Below, in pieces: positions 26,362-39,371 of a stretch of 64,000 nucleotides of DNA (within the stretch, counting starts at the first letter, position 1; each line of letters starts with the position of its first letter). This stretch comes from Cyanophyceae cyanobacterium (GTDB taxonomy: Bacteria; Cyanobacteriota; Cyanobacteriia; Cyanobacteriales; JBHJGN01). The notes under the pieces are model-generated. The model worked only from the letters and a program-made list of their open reading frames with translations, ran no database searches and was not told the origin of the DNA. The position numbers were made by a program, and so were the translations under genes. The stretch lies in the NCBI GenBank assembly GCA_050331735.1, contig JBHJGN010000001.1, positions 32,001-96,000 of the forward strand, given 5' to 3'.

Positions 26362-27255
26362 GTGCCGCGACAATTTTTAGGGTCTGAAGTTGAAACCGCC
26401 TATGGAGCGGCTAAAGCCGTTATTTTGCCCATTCCCTATGAGGCCACAACGACTTACCGGAGAGGCTGCCAACATGGGCCAGCAGCTCTCTTAACGGCCT
26501 CAGACCAGCTAGAGGCCTACGATGAAGAACTAGAACGAGAAACCTGCTTTGAAATTGGCATTCACACTCATGCAGCGATCGCCGATACTCGCCCTGGCCC
26601 AGTTGCGGCTCAAGACATGCTTCAAATAACGTCTCAAACGGTATCGCGGTTGCTGGCAGAACAAAAATTCGTGATTGCCATCGGCGGTGAGCACAGTATT
26701 ACCGCCGCAGTGGTGGCTGCCTACCAGCAGGAGCATGGGCCATTTACGGTCATTCAGATTGATGCCCACGGCGACCTGCGTCACGAATATGAAGGCTCTA
26801 TCTACAACCATGCCTGCGTAATGCGGCGCATTGTCGATCTGGAGTTGCCGACTTTACCGGTGGGCATTCGCAGTATTTGCTTAGAAGAAGCGCAACTGAT
26901 TAAAAAACACCAGATTCCGGTGGTGTGGGCTCGGGAAATAGCCACCAATCCCGACTGGATTGAAGCAGCGATCGCCCGCATTGCAACGGACAAGGTTTTT
27001 ATCACCATCGATGTTGACGGCATTGACCCTAGTTTGTTACCGGGAGTCGGCACCCCAGAACCCGGAGGATTAACCTGGTACGCTCTCTTAAAGTTTTTGC
27101 ATCGCCTTCACCAAACGCATCAGGTAATTGGGTGCGATGTCATGGAGTTGGCCCCAGTCGTGGATTCGGTGGTTTCTGAATTTACGGCGGCCAAATTGGT
27201 GTATAAATTGATCGGCTACCAGGGGATGAGTCGAGGATGGTTCAAGCAGCAGTAA
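26362..27255 (+). CDS. speB: Agmatinase (ureohydrolase family)
   Basis: GGEHS, DAHGDL and DVDGIDPS...GTPEPGG metal-binding motifs. Confidence 0.9.
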   Translation: MPRQFLGSEVETAYGAAKAVILPIPYEATTTYRRGCQHGPAALLTASDQLEAYDEELERETCFEIGIHTHAAIADTRPGPVAAQDMLQITSQTVSRLLAEQKFVIAIGGEHSITAAVVAAYQQEHGPFTVIQIDAHGDLRHEYEGSIYNHACVMRRIVDLELPTLPVGIRSICLEEAQLIKKHQIPVVWAREIATNPDWIEAAIARIATDKVFITIDVDGIDPSLLPGVGTPEPGGLTWYALLKFLHRLHQTHQVIGCDVMELAPVVDSVVSEFTAAKLVYKLIGYQGMSRGWFKQQ

Positions 27256-27410
27256 CCGGTGACCGAATCAATCTAGTCACTGGTCATCGACTAAGCGCCA
27301 TCTCTGAATGCTCAGCACTGCTAACTGAGTTAACGAGTCACTGATTAGTTGGTAACTGATTACTGATGCCTGCTAAGATGTTGAGGCAGTCATTTAATTG
27401 TTAACCGTAG

Positions 27411-28683
<1,273 letters not shown>

Positions 28684-28739
28684 AGAAAGTTTGCAGGATC
28701 AAGGACTAGCGTCAGTGGCGATCTCATCCTGCAAACTTG

Positions 28740-29450
28740 CTAGAGTTCCCGCACCAGCGGCTTGCCATCTTGGATTTCTCCGACTAACACGACATCAGCA
28801 ACACCAACAAACAGACCGTTTTCTAAAACTCCCGGAATATTGTTGAGCGTTTTTTCTAGGGTGGCGGGGTCGCCAATGCTCTCGAACTTGACATCGATAA
28901 CGAGGTTGCCCTGGTCGGTGACTACTGGACCAGCCTTTCTGACTCCCATGCGCAGTTCCGGCTGACCGCCAAGCTTTTTGAGTGCCCGCATCACGGGGGC
29001 GAGCGCCATCGGAATCACTTCGACTGGCAGCAAGAAAGTCGACCCTAGGCGATCGACTAGTTTGCCGCTGTCTACCACCACGATAAATTCTTCGGCTAAG
29101 GAGTCAACGATTTTTTCTCGCGTATGAGCTGCGCCTCCTCCTTTAATCAGATTCTTGTTCGGATCGACTTCATCCGCTCCATCGATGGCGACATCAATGC
29201 GCTCGATGGCATCTAGCGTGGTGAGCGGGACGCCGTACTGTTTGGCTAATACTTCTGCCCCAAAGGAAGTGGGAACGCCCACAATATTGTCAATCTCGCC
29301 TTTAGCGAGGCGATCGCCTAAATACTCGATGGTGTAGGCGGTTGTTGAACCCGTGCCTAGGCCAACCACCGAGTTTGACTGAACGCGTTCTGCGGCTTGT
29401 TTCCCCACTTCTTGCTTCATCAGTTGAACGGGGTCGTCTTTATCGGCCAT
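28740..29450 (-). CDS. rpiA: Ribose-5-phosphate isomerase A
   Basis: GLGTGST, DGADEVD and [13 protein letters not shown]. Confidence 0.97.
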   Translation of the reverse strand: MADKDDPVQLMKQEVGKQAAERVQSNSVVGLGTGSTTAYTIEYLGDRLAKGEIDNIVGVPTSFGAEVLAKQYGVPLTTLDAIERIDVAIDGADEVDPNKNLIKGGGAAHTREKIVDSLAEEFIVVVDSGKLVDRLGSTFLLPVEVIPMALAPVMRALKKLGGQPELRMGVRKAGPVVTDQGNLVIDVKFESIGDPATLEKTLNNIPGVLENGLFVGVADVVLVGEIQDGKPLVREL

Positions 29451-29681
29451 TTTTCAAGCTCCTTCTATCATGTTTAACAATGTTTTCATTGGGCTTTTCC
29501 TCCCCATCCTGATTAACTGAGCAAAGCAACGGTAGTTAGCTGAGTCTACCGATGACTTTGCCCTGGAGGCTCTGACTATGGGCTGTTAGCGTCCGCAACG
29601 ATCGAACGATACGATGACGGGTCGAGGTCGCTCGCCTCACCAGGACTAGACGCGAGAAAACACAGGTTAGCTCTTGACCGC

Positions 29682-30137
29682 TTAGGAATTGGTTGTCTGT
29701 GCCGCTAGCATCTCTTTGAGCTTCGCTAGCTCATCAGCCCAGCGCGGATCTGGCTGTACAGAACCACTATTAGAGCTACTGTCTTGGCGAGACCGTTTTT
29801 TGCCTCGCTTGTTCGGTGTGCTGGTCGGTTTGGCTGGCGATTCTGACGCTGGAGCAGCACCAGAGGGCTCTTCGCCTTTGCCTTTTGAACGGGGCAGCGC
29901 TTTTTCGATCTTGAGCGCACTTTCTCTAAAGGACTGACCGTTGTATTTTTCGATCAGTTCATCTGCCATTTCATCGGTGGGGACAGTGACAAAAGCAAAG
30001 CCTCGACACTTACCGGTTTTACGGTCTTTGATCACCTTAGTTGAGACGGATTCGCCAGCGTCAGCGAATACTGCCTGTAAATCGTCACGCTCGATGGGTT
30101 CTTTTGGCAAATTACCAACGTATAAGCGAACTGACAT
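29682..30137 (-). CDS. rbp3: RRM RNA-binding protein (Rbp3 class)
   Basis: RNP2 LYVGNL, RNP1 RGFAFVTV, and the C-terminal QPDPRWADELAKLK motif. Confidence 0.88.
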   Translation of the reverse strand: MSVRLYVGNLPKEPIERDDLQAVFADAGESVSTKVIKDRKTGKCRGFAFVTVPTDEMADELIEKYNGQSFRESALKIEKALPRSKGKGEEPSGAAPASESPAKPTSTPNKRGKKRSRQDSSSNSGSVQPDPRWADELAKLKEMLAAQTTNS

Positions 30138-30654
30138 AAAATGACCTCCAAATTTGGCTTAATAATTTACTGTATTTCTGCAAACTGAAAAAATCGGGAC
30201 AGACACAGGTTCTCCCGATAGCAGTCCTGATTGCTTTTTTCGACTCGGCTTGGCTGTGTCAAAACGACCGTCCTTGTCAACCTCATCACCAGGAATCGGC
30301 GGATATTCGCTATTCAAAAATCTTAGTGGCAGACTGAACCCGATTTTTACTTCTTCTTTGATTATTACAGAATGTTTACGTGATTGATCACCGGATTGTG
30401 ATTTCGCCGCTAAATTTGGTGCTCGCCTCCTCAAAAATTAAGGCTTTGTTCGTTTTGAGCAGTTCTAGTTGAAATCGGCTGCTAAAACTCTTCATAAGCT
30501 GATGATTCAACCGAAAGTACACCCAAGGGAAGAGGGACATCTTGTCAAACGATTGTTACATTACTTAAACTAAAGACAGCAGTGCCCACAAGCATTGTTG
30601 ATTGTCCTTAGTTGAGTGACACAAACAGTAACCTTATAGTAGGGGAGTTTACCA

Positions 30655-30843
30655 ATGTCTCAACCAGCCCAGCTTACGCTAGAGCAGCAGTTTAACGTTC
30701 GCTCCTTTGAAACCCAGGTGAAAAGGATGAGTCGAGAACAAGCTCAAGACTTCTTAGTCAAACTGTATGAACAGATGATGCTCAGAGAAAATATGTACAA
30801 AGAGTTCATCAAGCATCAGTGGGGCATTGAGCCGACTGCATAG
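30655..30843 (+). CDS. nblA: Phycobilisome degradation adaptor NblA (canonical type)
   Basis: LTLEQQFNVRSFETQV...AQDFLVKLYEQMM...KHQWG; AGGGGAG RBS. Confidence 0.93.
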   Translation: MSQPAQLTLEQQFNVRSFETQVKRMSREQAQDFLVKLYEQMMLRENMYKEFIKHQWGIEPTA

Positions 30844-31001
30844 CAAGAGCGCCAGTGATACTGGACGACCTCCTTCTCTGGCTCGGTTCCAACTGGAAAA
30901 AAGCTGGGGATCTGGGGCGTCACCACCAAACTTTGTCAGATTACTATTGCCCGCGTCAATCTTTCTGCTAGGGTAAAGGGAAACTAAGCACTTCCTTACG
31001 T

Positions 31002-31880
31002 ATGTTTCAGCGTTGCCTTATCTGTACAGATTTCTCAGACGGTCTGGAGCGCCTTGTTAGTTTCGTTCCCCAGTTAGCGAGCAGCGGACTACAGCAAATC
31101 GTTTTTTTGCACAGCGTACCTTTGTGGGAGCAGGGCAGCATCCCAAGAGTGGATGAAGATAAAGTCGCAGCAGCCAAAGAGCACTTATCGCAAGCCCTCA
31201 ACAAGGTTCCTGAAGGAGTTGACGTTAGGATAGAAGTTCCTTCAGGCAAACCAACAGATCATATTCTTCGGACCCTCAAAGAATACCAGAGCGAGGTTGT
31301 TCTGTTGGGAACTCCAGTGCGTAGCTCACTCCAGGAGAAATTTGTTGGCAGTACTAGTATGGGGCTAGCCAAGCAAACGCCCACTCCCCTGATGATCTTT
31401 CGTCCCCAACTGATTACCACCTATACTCAAGAGGAATTGGCCCTACGCTGTCAGCACCTGTGGCGATACTTACTGATTCCCTTCAACGACAGTAAAACCG
31501 CTCAGTACCTCATCGAACGGATCAAAGACTATACCCAAAACTGCCCCTCAAGCACCTTAGAAAAGTGCATGCTCATCTGGGTAATTGAAGATGGACCACG
31601 CCAGGAAGTGATTAGAGAAAGTCGGCGCGAAGAGGCTCAGAAGAAGCTAGCAGCGGTAAAAGCCGAGCTAGAGGAGCTTGGGTTGCAGGTGAATACAGCA
31701 GTCAGAGAAGGTAATGGTCTACAGGAAATTTTGCAGGCTGCCCTCACCTTCGACATTAGCGCGATCGCCATTGCCACCGATTATCGCAGCAATCCGCTGG
31801 AGTGGACAGTATCAAGCTTTGCGAACGAGGTGTTGCATAAAAGTTGGTTTCCACTGCTGTTTTTCTCTCCCAAAAAGTAA
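31002..31880 (+). CDS. Universal stress protein (two USP domains)
   Basis: MFQRCLICTDFS, G..VGSTS, and a second domain starting YLLIPFNDS. Confidence 0.88.
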   Translation: MFQRCLICTDFSDGLERLVSFVPQLASSGLQQIVFLHSVPLWEQGSIPRVDEDKVAAAKEHLSQALNKVPEGVDVRIEVPSGKPTDHILRTLKEYQSEVVLLGTPVRSSLQEKFVGSTSMGLAKQTPTPLMIFRPQLITTYTQEELALRCQHLWRYLLIPFNDSKTAQYLIERIKDYTQNCPSSTLEKCMLIWVIEDGPRQEVIRESRREEAQKKLAAVKAELEELGLQVNTAVREGNGLQEILQAALTFDISAIAIATDYRSNPLEWTVSSFANEVLHKSWFPLLFFSPKK

Positions 31881-31907
31881 CCACCGCCCTTGGTGCGGGG
31901 AAAGGGA

Positions 31908-33407
31908 TTAACTAATCAGTGACGAACGAGTATAAACGGACTTGAGCTTGAGCAGAATTTGCGGCTTGAGCTTTTGGTACTCTTGCTTGAGGAGCTTTTT
32001 GCTGAGCTGCGGAACGTTGGGAGGAACAATTTGACTAGCGTTGGCCCAGTCTTGAAGGCGATCGCACATTCTCGGGGCGACCGTTGAAGCAAGAATATTT
32101 TTAGGACGTTGCGGTTCACCAAGAGCAAATAACAAGATTTTGTAGTCTCCAGATTGGGCTAAAGCTCGCACCGCTTCCTGTCCGAGGTTAGACTTCATAT
32201 CGAGGTAGCAAGGCAGCCAGCGAGGACCGTACTCGCGGTGATACAGAACCGAAATCCACAGCAGCATCGGATGGGGAGATTTGGTAAACAAAAACTGATT
32301 GTAGCGAGTACAGGGCATGCGTTGAAGAATTTCCTGATGCTCTAGCATGACGCAAAGAGTGACAATCCTTTGCCGGGGCATGTGGACTAAGTAGGGAAAC
32401 ACAATTTTTTGTTGTGGTTTATCTTTAGGCCAAGCCGTGTAGAAGCAGATTTCGTCGGCAGAGGGGACAAACGTACAGGTCTCGTCCTTGTCTCCCTGTT
32501 GTCGGGGTTGGGCAGCCGGAGAGGGTTGTTGAACTGAGCCTCCTTTTTCTAATTTTTCGAGGACAGAAAGAATCTCGGTAACGGACTGGGGGCGAGCGTC
32601 CGGCGTTTTCGCCAAACACTGCATAATTAATTCTTCTAGCTCTGAAGGCAGGTTAATCTCTTTAGCAAACGGGTGCGGTTCGTATTCACGATGGGCTTTA
32701 TACCAGCCGCCAAAAGAAGAGGTTTCGGGCAGCAGGGGCATTTCGTTGGTGAGCATCTCGTACATCATGACCCCGAAGCTATAGATATCCGAGCGGCTGT
32801 CAAGTTCTTGGCCTTCGATTTGCTCGGGTGAACAGTAGGCTAAAGTTCCCATAAAAGAATGGGTTTGAGCGTCATTATCCTGAATTAGTTTGGCAATCCC
32901 AAAGTCAAGAATTTTGACTAGCTCTCCTAAAGAGGGATCTTGGATGACAAAAATATTGCTCGGCTTAATATCGCGGTGGACAATTGGGCAGAGCTGCTCC
33001 TCGAAAATAATCCCTTGATGAGCGCTTTGCAAGCCTAAGCCAATTTGGCGAGCTAGCTTGAAGAATCGCGGGAGCGCGAGGGGGCGCAGTTCAAGAACGT
33101 CGTCAAGACTTTCTCCGGTTAATAGTTCCATCACATAGAACGGAACCTTGTGTTCATCTACTCCGTAGTCTTTCACGCGCACAACATGAATACTCTTCTC
33201 TCCCAACAGAGCGCTGATCGTGGCTTCCTGTTCAAAGCGTTCCCGCATCCTCTGATTCAGGAGCGTCTGCGAGAGGAACTTGACGGCTACAGTAACGTTA
33301 CCCAGCAAAGTATCTTGGGCGCGATACACCTGTCCCATTGCACCAGTGCCAATTAGATCGACAAGACGGTAGCGGTTGGCAAGCAGGCGGGGAGAATGAG
33401 ATGACAT
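31908..33407 (-). CDS. spkA: Ser/Thr protein kinase SpkA
   Basis: GTGAMG, VAVK, HRDIKPSN, DFG and SPEQ; C-terminal WPKDKPQQKIVFP...GPRWLPCYLD domain as in SpkA. Confidence 0.88.
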   Translation of the reverse strand: MSSHSPRLLANRYRLVDLIGTGAMGQVYRAQDTLLGNVTVAVKFLSQTLLNQRMRERFEQEATISALLGEKSIHVVRVKDYGVDEHKVPFYVMELLTGESLDDVLELRPLALPRFFKLARQIGLGLQSAHQGIIFEEQLCPIVHRDIKPSNIFVIQDPSLGELVKILDFGIAKLIQDNDAQTHSFMGTLAYCSPEQIEGQELDSRSDIYSFGVMMYEMLTNEMPLLPETSSFGGWYKAHREYEPHPFAKEINLPSELEELIMQCLAKTPDARPQSVTEILSVLEKLEKGGSVQQPSPAAQPRQQGDKDETCTFVPSADEICFYTAWPKDKPQQKIVFPYLVHMPRQRIVTLCVMLEHQEILQRMPCTRYNQFLFTKSPHPMLLWISVLYHREYGPRWLPCYLDMKSNLGQEAVRALAQSGDYKILLFALGEPQRPKNILASTVAPRMCDRLQDWANASQIVPPNVPQLSKKLLKQEYQKLKPQILLKLKSVYTRSSLIS

Positions 33408-33844
33408 AGACGCAAAGACCGAATGCAACTAATCAGCAAAAATATGGCTCCGTGATTTAGGTTGCCCGAAAAAAGCCAATCGCATTCAGTTTGAGCGTGA
33501 AAAAACGAACCGAAATGAATCGAAAAGGATCATCGATGGCAGCAGCCAGAAAGATAGAGACGGTAATACCATTTACCGAAAGTAGTCAGATAGTTCCCAA
33601 ACCAACCAACAATTGGAGGTTCAAGGGCAAAGAGCTGCTGTGCTTCCCTTTTCCCTTTCCCCCAACTCATCAAGTCTCCTATTACTTTTTCTAATTGGTA
33701 TAAGACGCACTGAAAGCGATTCTAGTCAGGCATTCTACTGATCGACAAAGGCGGTTCCCACTAACCACGAACTCTCGCTCAAGTAACGTTATGGCTATTT
33801 AAACGGATGTGATATTGCTTCTGACCCTTGCTAGTTTCATCAAA

Positions 33845-35026
33845 CTAAACGATCGGCCAATGAATATCTCCAAGAAGCATTGGTTGTCTTGCGCCGGTGA
33901 CGAGCGGCAAATTGCCCGGAATGGATTGATGACGCCAGTAGGCAAGCACAGCAAAAGCGATCGCTTCTTTGTAATCTTCGTTTAGTCCGGCGGCATCGGT
34001 AGTCATCACGGCGGCTTCCGACAAACGACTCTGGAGACGCTGTTTCAGATAGAGATTGCGACTGCCTCCACCGCACAGGAGAATTTCATCGGGCAGTTGC
34101 GGAAGAAAGGTGCGATAGCTCTGGACAACAGAAGCCACCGTTAGCTCTGTTAAGGTAGCAAGCCAATCTGAAGAGCTTAACTGGTAAGCGGCAGCATCCT
34201 GCCAACACTGCTGAAGATAGGCTTCCCCAAATAGCTCTCGACCGGTAGATTTCGGCGGCGGCTGGCGGAAATAGTCCTGGTCTAGCCACCGCTCCACTAA
34301 CTCCTGACAAGGCTCGCCCTGGGCCGCCCAATTCCCATCGCGGTCATAGGTTTCCCTTCCTTGGGTAAGCTCCTGCACCGCTAGGTCAATCAACGCATTC
34401 CCAGGCCCCGTATCCCATCCGGCAATCTGCTGCTCCCAGTTTTCCGGCTCGCGAGCCGGCAGATAGGTAACGTTGCCAATGCCGCCAAGATTTTGAATAC
34501 ATCTCCGTCTCTTTGGATGACTGAGGACACAAGCATCCACTTTAGAAACTAGCGGTGCCCCCTGACCGCCTGCTGCAATATCTGCTGCCCGAAAATTACT
34601 CACTGTGGGAATGCCTGTTAAGTGAGCAATCACCTCGCCTCGTCCAAGCTGAAGGCTGTAGCCCAACGAGGAAGTAGACTGAAGCCCTTTCCCCTCCTTG
34701 CCCTGTGCCAGGGTTGCCCTTGGCGCTCGATGAAAGACCGTTTGGCCATGAGAACCAATCAGGGTAGCGCCAACGCCTGCGCTAATCTCTTGAGCGGTTC
34801 GAGCGAAGCTGTCGGCGATCGCCTCATCTAGCTGGGCAAGCTGCGCCATTGCCAGAGAAGCCCCACCGCATACCGCCAAAATTTGCTCTCTGAGGTCTGC
34901 CGGATAGGGAAAAGTATCTCCCGCCAGCAGCTCGACTGCTAAATCTGTCTCGGCTCCGGTCACTTTGACGAGAGCAGCATCAATGCCATCAACCGAAGTC
35001 CCACTGATTAAACCAACAATTTTCAT
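33845..35026 (-). CDS. anmK: Anhydro-N-acetylmuramic acid kinase
   Basis: [31 protein letters not shown] and PKSTGRE. Confidence 0.95.
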   Translation of the reverse strand: MKIVGLISGTSVDGIDAALVKVTGAETDLAVELLAGDTFPYPADLREQILAVCGGASLAMAQLAQLDEAIADSFARTAQEISAGVGATLIGSHGQTVFHRAPRATLAQGKEGKGLQSTSSLGYSLQLGRGEVIAHLTGIPTVSNFRAADIAAGGQGAPLVSKVDACVLSHPKRRRCIQNLGGIGNVTYLPAREPENWEQQIAGWDTGPGNALIDLAVQELTQGRETYDRDGNWAAQGEPCQELVERWLDQDYFRQPPPKSTGRELFGEAYLQQCWQDAAAYQLSSSDWLATLTELTVASVVQSYRTFLPQLPDEILLCGGGSRNLYLKQRLQSRLSEAAVMTTDAAGLNEDYKEAIAFAVLAYWRHQSIPGNLPLVTGARQPMLLGDIHWPIV

Positions 35027-35057
35027 GTCCCCCCGACGGTTAACTAACCCGATCCAC

Positions 35058-37520
35058 TTAGTCTATCGCTAACGGGTCAACATCAATCGTCAGGCTGACT
35101 GAGCGGGGGCAGAGGGAACGTAGCGACCCTAGAGGCTGAACCGTGGCGGAAGACGCAAACTTGAGCAAGAGCTGCCAGCGGTAGCGACGCGCTACGCGCC
35201 GGATGTTGGCTGGGGCTGGACCCAAAATTTCATCTTCTGCCCCAACCAAGCTCATACAGGCATCTGCTAGCGCCTCAGCGGTTTGCTGTACCTCTGCTTC
35301 ATCCAGTCCACTTAAGCGAATTAACACTAAACGACCGTAGGGAGGATAGTTTAATTCGGCTCTGGCCTTCAATTCAGGGTCCGTAAACGCGATATAGTCA
35401 TGGTGCTTTACAGCCTGAATCGCCGGATGTTCGGGGGAATAGGTTTGAATAATCACCTGTCCGGGGATATCTCCCCGCCCAGCCCGACCCGCCACTTGGG
35501 TGAGGGTTTGAAACGCTCGTTCTGAGGCGCGGTAATCCGACCGGTGCAGCAAACCATCCGCCGCCACCACTCCCACCAACGTTACTTGGGCTAGATCTAT
35601 GCCCTTCGTCAGCATTTGCGTACCGACTAAGACGTTGGCTTCTCCGCGAGCAAAGCGGTTGAGCAGGTGGCGATGGGCTCCTTTGGTGCGTGTCGTATCG
35701 CTGTCGAACCGCAAGGGACGGAGATGGGGAAACTGCTGCTGTAGCTCCAGCATCACTCGTTGCGTCCCGCTGCCGAAAAATTTGAGATAGGGAGAACGAC
35801 ACTGGGGGCACTGAGGCGGCTGTAAACAGCTATAGTTACAGTAGTGGCAGCGTAACCGTTCCGTGGCTCCTTCGTGAGTGTAGTGGTACGACAGCGAAAC
35901 ATCGCAGTAAGGACACTCAATGACAGTGCCGCAACTGCGACAAGACACAAAGGTACTGTGTCCGCGACGGGAGACAAATAAAATTCCCTGCTCTTGAAGC
36001 TGAGCGAGAGCCTGCCTCAGCGAACGACTAAAAATAGAGCGGTTGCCGCTGTGCAACTCCTGCCGCATGTCAACAATTTCGACCGCAGGGAGGGGGCGAG
36101 AGCCAATTCTTGCTGGCAAAGAGAGGTAGATTCCCGATAACGGGTTGCTGGCCGCTGAGTCTTTCACCCCGACCCAAGTTTCCAAGGAGGGAGTCGCGGA
36201 GCCAAGAATGAGCGGACAGCGGTCCAGTTCGGCTCGCCATTGAGCTACAGTGCGGGCGTGATAGGTGGGAGCCGGTTGGTTTTGCTTGAAGCTCGCGTCG
36301 TGTTCTTCATCTAAGACGATCAGTCCTAGGTGGGGCAGGGGAGCAAAAACAGCAGAACGAGTGCCAATCACGACCTGCGGCTCGCCCGTGAGCATCTGTC
36401 GCCAAGTATCAAAGCGTTCGCCGTCGGATAGAGCGCTATGGTAAACGCACACTTGACGACCAAACCGAGCGCGGAAGCGATCCGTGAGCTGTGGAGTTAG
36501 GCCAATTTCGGGAACGAGAACCAGCGCTGACTGTCGCCGCTTCAAAATCGGGGCGATCGCCTGGAGATACACTTCCGTTTTTCCGGAGCCAGTCACTCCA
36601 TGCAGCAGCACTTGGGCACTGCCTTCTAGAGCCTGAATAATCTGGACAGCCTCGGTTTGGGCGGCGGTTAATTCCTTGGCTTGGTCGGCGGTGGTGGCAG
36701 CCTGCTCCAGGCGAAGCCGTTCTCGCCACTCCACGACAACACATCCTTTGCGCTGGAGAGCCTCGACGGTCGCAGAACTCGTCCGGCAAATTTGAAGCAG
36801 ATGCGTCAGCCACAGTTCTCCACCCCGCTGCCGCAGCGCTTCAACCACTTCCCGCTGTCGCTCGGTGAGGTCCACAGGTTCATCGACAATCAGAGTCACC
36901 GCTTTTTGCCGCTTCGGACTGACCGTTTTCGGCGGTTCGAGGTAGCTTTCTACCCAGCCTCGTTTTAACAGTTCTCTGACTCCCCGATGGGCTCCGCGCA
37001 CTTGGCGCTGTAGATACTGAGCGCTGTAGTTCCCGTGCTTTTGGGACTGAAGCAGCTTGAGCACCTGGCGAGCCACCGGGCTACAGAGAGCTTCGGCTCC
37101 GGGAGGCAGGGATTTGAGGCGAATCCGTCGCTGTGATCGCCCCAGCAGACCGGGGGGTAAAGCGACGCGAATGACCGTTATCAAGTCGGTACAGGTGTAC
37201 CGGGCAACGCGCTCGAGCAACTGCCAGTATGAGCGAGGGAAAAAGGCAGCACTCACCACCTCCTCAATCTCTCGAATCCTTTCTAGCGGCAGATTGGGGG
37301 GAGATTGCACAAGACGAATCACAATGCCCCCCATAAGCTGCGCTCCAACGGGTACGCTGACAATATCTCCTGGCTGGGCCGAGACGCCCGTCGGTAAGCA
37401 ATACGTCAACAGCTCTTGAACTCCCGGACAGTCTACTAACACTTCCACCCACTGCGGAGACTGATATGGAGCTGATGACCCAGGCTCAGCTAAAACCAAG
37501 CCAGAGTGACGATTAACCAT
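35058..37520 (-). CDS. priA: Primosomal protein N'
   Basis: [15 protein letters not shown], four CxxC pairs and QVAGRAGR. Confidence 0.97.
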   Translation of the reverse strand: MVNRHSGLVLAEPGSSAPYQSPQWVEVLVDCPGVQELLTYCLPTGVSAQPGDIVSVPVGAQLMGGIVIRLVQSPPNLPLERIREIEEVVSAAFFPRSYWQLLERVARYTCTDLITVIRVALPPGLLGRSQRRIRLKSLPPGAEALCSPVARQVLKLLQSQKHGNYSAQYLQRQVRGAHRGVRELLKRGWVESYLEPPKTVSPKRQKAVTLIVDEPVDLTERQREVVEALRQRGGELWLTHLLQICRTSSATVEALQRKGCVVVEWRERLRLEQAATTADQAKELTAAQTEAVQIIQALEGSAQVLLHGVTGSGKTEVYLQAIAPILKRRQSALVLVPEIGLTPQLTDRFRARFGRQVCVYHSALSDGERFDTWRQMLTGEPQVVIGTRSAVFAPLPHLGLIVLDEEHDASFKQNQPAPTYHARTVAQWRAELDRCPLILGSATPSLETWVGVKDSAASNPLSGIYLSLPARIGSRPLPAVEIVDMRQELHSGNRSIFSRSLRQALAQLQEQGILFVSRRGHSTFVSCRSCGTVIECPYCDVSLSYHYTHEGATERLRCHYCNYSCLQPPQCPQCRSPYLKFFGSGTQRVMLELQQQFPHLRPLRFDSDTTRTKGAHRHLLNRFARGEANVLVGTQMLTKGIDLAQVTLVGVVAADGLLHRSDYRASERAFQTLTQVAGRAGRGDIPGQVIIQTYSPEHPAIQAVKHHDYIAFTDPELKARAELNYPPYGRLVLIRLSGLDEAEVQQTAEALADACMSLVGAEDEILGPAPANIRRVARRYRWQLLLKFASSATVQPLGSLRSLCPRSVSLTIDVDPLAID

Positions 37521-38203
37521 GAATAAGCTAAAGATAACGTTTCTCTAGAAATTTGTCTCGCAACCAGACTTGAAACCACCAAGGCTTTCAAAGCTTACCA
37601 TTTAGTTCGTTTCACTATCAAACTAACTCTTCTGAAAACTTTAAGCAATGTGTTATTACTTACTTAGCTAAAGCTGATAGTTGATGAGCAAGATGCGATT
37701 AGTATACAGAATTCTCACTAACGGTAGAGAGAGAAAAACATTCCTATATGAGATGCTACCTTTATAGCAACAGCAGTTTATAAAACGTAGCAATTCAAGA
37801 GATTAGCCCTGCTTTAGAGTTTAATCCCACAGCTTGTCGACTGGTGGATACGGCCCTCCAACTTCCGAGAAAGGTAGCCGTGTTTTCTGTCCTCAAATCT
37901 TCCACGAAGAGTTGTCGATTGTTACCGTAGCATTGTCAACCCTAAGTTTTGTAGTTAGAGAAACAAATGAACCCGATAAATTTGGTAGTCTTGTTCGCGA
38001 GACTCATCCTAGGCTAGCTAGCGGGCAGAGCCACGCCTTCAGGCCACACTTTCCTCAGCGGGCTTGGCTATGGTGGCGTTATGGCAGCGAAAACCCGACC
38101 GATTGACCAGCAGACACAGTATTTATTTTAGTTATCGCAGTTATGTAGAAGCTGAGTAGAAATATCCGAAGTCAATTTATTTAATAGTAAAAATAGAACG
38201 CAT

Positions 38204-39316
38204 ATGAACATTGCCGAACTGACCCAAGAGGAAACAATTCACTCCACAACAGATGAAAAAGAATTCACTCAGGCAGATGCTGGTGCTGATGATTCTGAGC
38301 TTGTTGAAGTTGAATTTTCTGACTTGGCTGACGATCTAGATAGTCCCCGATATAGTAAAACGAGATCTGAAGATACCGTTGGGGCTTTCTTTAAGGAAAT
38401 GGCGCGGTATCCTCTTCTCAAACCAGAAGAGGAAGTAGAGCTGGCTCATCGCGTTAAGTTTTTAGTTGAAACCGAAGAAAAACGGCAGCAGCTAAAAGAA
38501 GAGCTGAAGCGTCCTCCCACGAAAGCGGAATTGGCCGAATCTTTAGGCTTAAAGAGTGAGCGTCAGCTAGAGAATCAACTTTATCGTGGCCGGGTAGCGA
38601 AGCGGAAAATGATTCGCTCTAACCTCAGATTAGTCGTTTCCATTGCCAAGCGCTACCTCAATCGCGGAGTTCCGTTTCTCGATCTGATTCAAGAAGGAGC
38701 CATTGGATTGAACCGCGCCGCTGAAAAATTTGACCCCAACAAGGGGTATAAGTTTTCTACCTACGCTTACTGGTGGATTCGGCAAGCGATCACACGCACG
38801 ATCGCTAACGATGCTAGAACCATTCGTCTCCCGATTCACATTGTTGAAAAGCTGAACAAGCTCAAAAAGGCGCAGCGCAATCTGAAGCAGAAACTTCAGC
38901 GCAATCCGTCTGAAGAAGAGCTCGCCGAAGAGATGGAAGTGTCTCGTTCTCAACTGCGCCAGCTCCTCCAGCTACGCCGACAGTCGCTGTCCCTCAATCA
39001 CCGCGTCGGGAAAGGAGAAGATACGGAATTAGTGGACCTGCTGGAGGACAACGAGCTTCAGTCTCCCGAAGAAAGCATGAACGAAGCAATGCTGCGTCAG
39101 GAAATTTTAGACGTGCTGTGCGACGTGCTCACAGAGCGAGAAAAAGATGTTATCTCTCTCCGCTATGGCTTGTCGTCTAGTCAACCCCATACCCTAGAAG
39201 AAGTTGGAGGCATTTTTAACTTATCCCGCGAGCGAGTGCGGCAAATCCAGAGTAAGGCCATGCGCAAGCTGCGGCGTCCACAAGTGGCTCGTCGGCTCAA
39301 AGGGTGGTTAACGTAA
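38204..39316 (+). CDS. sigE: Group 2 RNA polymerase sigma factor SigE-type
   Basis: SEDTVGAFFKEMARYPLL, NLRLVVSIAKRY, FSTYAYWWIRQ and RRPQVARRLKGWL as in Synechocystis SigE. Confidence 0.88.
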   Translation: MNIAELTQEETIHSTTDEKEFTQADAGADDSELVEVEFSDLADDLDSPRYSKTRSEDTVGAFFKEMARYPLLKPEEEVELAHRVKFLVETEEKRQQLKEELKRPPTKAELAESLGLKSERQLENQLYRGRVAKRKMIRSNLRLVVSIAKRYLNRGVPFLDLIQEGAIGLNRAAEKFDPNKGYKFSTYAYWWIRQAITRTIANDARTIRLPIHIVEKLNKLKKAQRNLKQKLQRNPSEEELAEEMEVSRSQLRQLLQLRRQSLSLNHRVGKGEDTELVDLLEDNELQSPEESMNEAMLRQEILDVLCDVLTEREKDVISLRYGLSSSQPHTLEEVGGIFNLSRERVRQIQSKAMRKLRRPQVARRLKGWLT

Positions 39317-39371
39317 GTGTCCTCGGTCATTGGTCCTTTGTCCTTCGTTGTCCCAGTGACCCTCTAGTGTT

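Noticed and set aside
30159..30434. 91-aa ORF upstream of rbp3
   Set aside because: TTG start and no recognisable features; probably a long 5' region.
30541..30575. NtcA or RpaB (HLR1) site upstream of nblA
   Set aside because: Only one GTTACATT half-site; the spacing fits neither GTA-N8-TAC nor the paired HLR1 repeat.
37650..37663. NtcA-like GTG-N8-TAC upstream of sigE
   Set aside because: Non-canonical left arm and no -10 box at the expected distance.
37834..38106. 90-aa ORF upstream of sigE
   Set aside because: TTG start, no RBS and no recognisable motif; more likely leader or promoter sequence.
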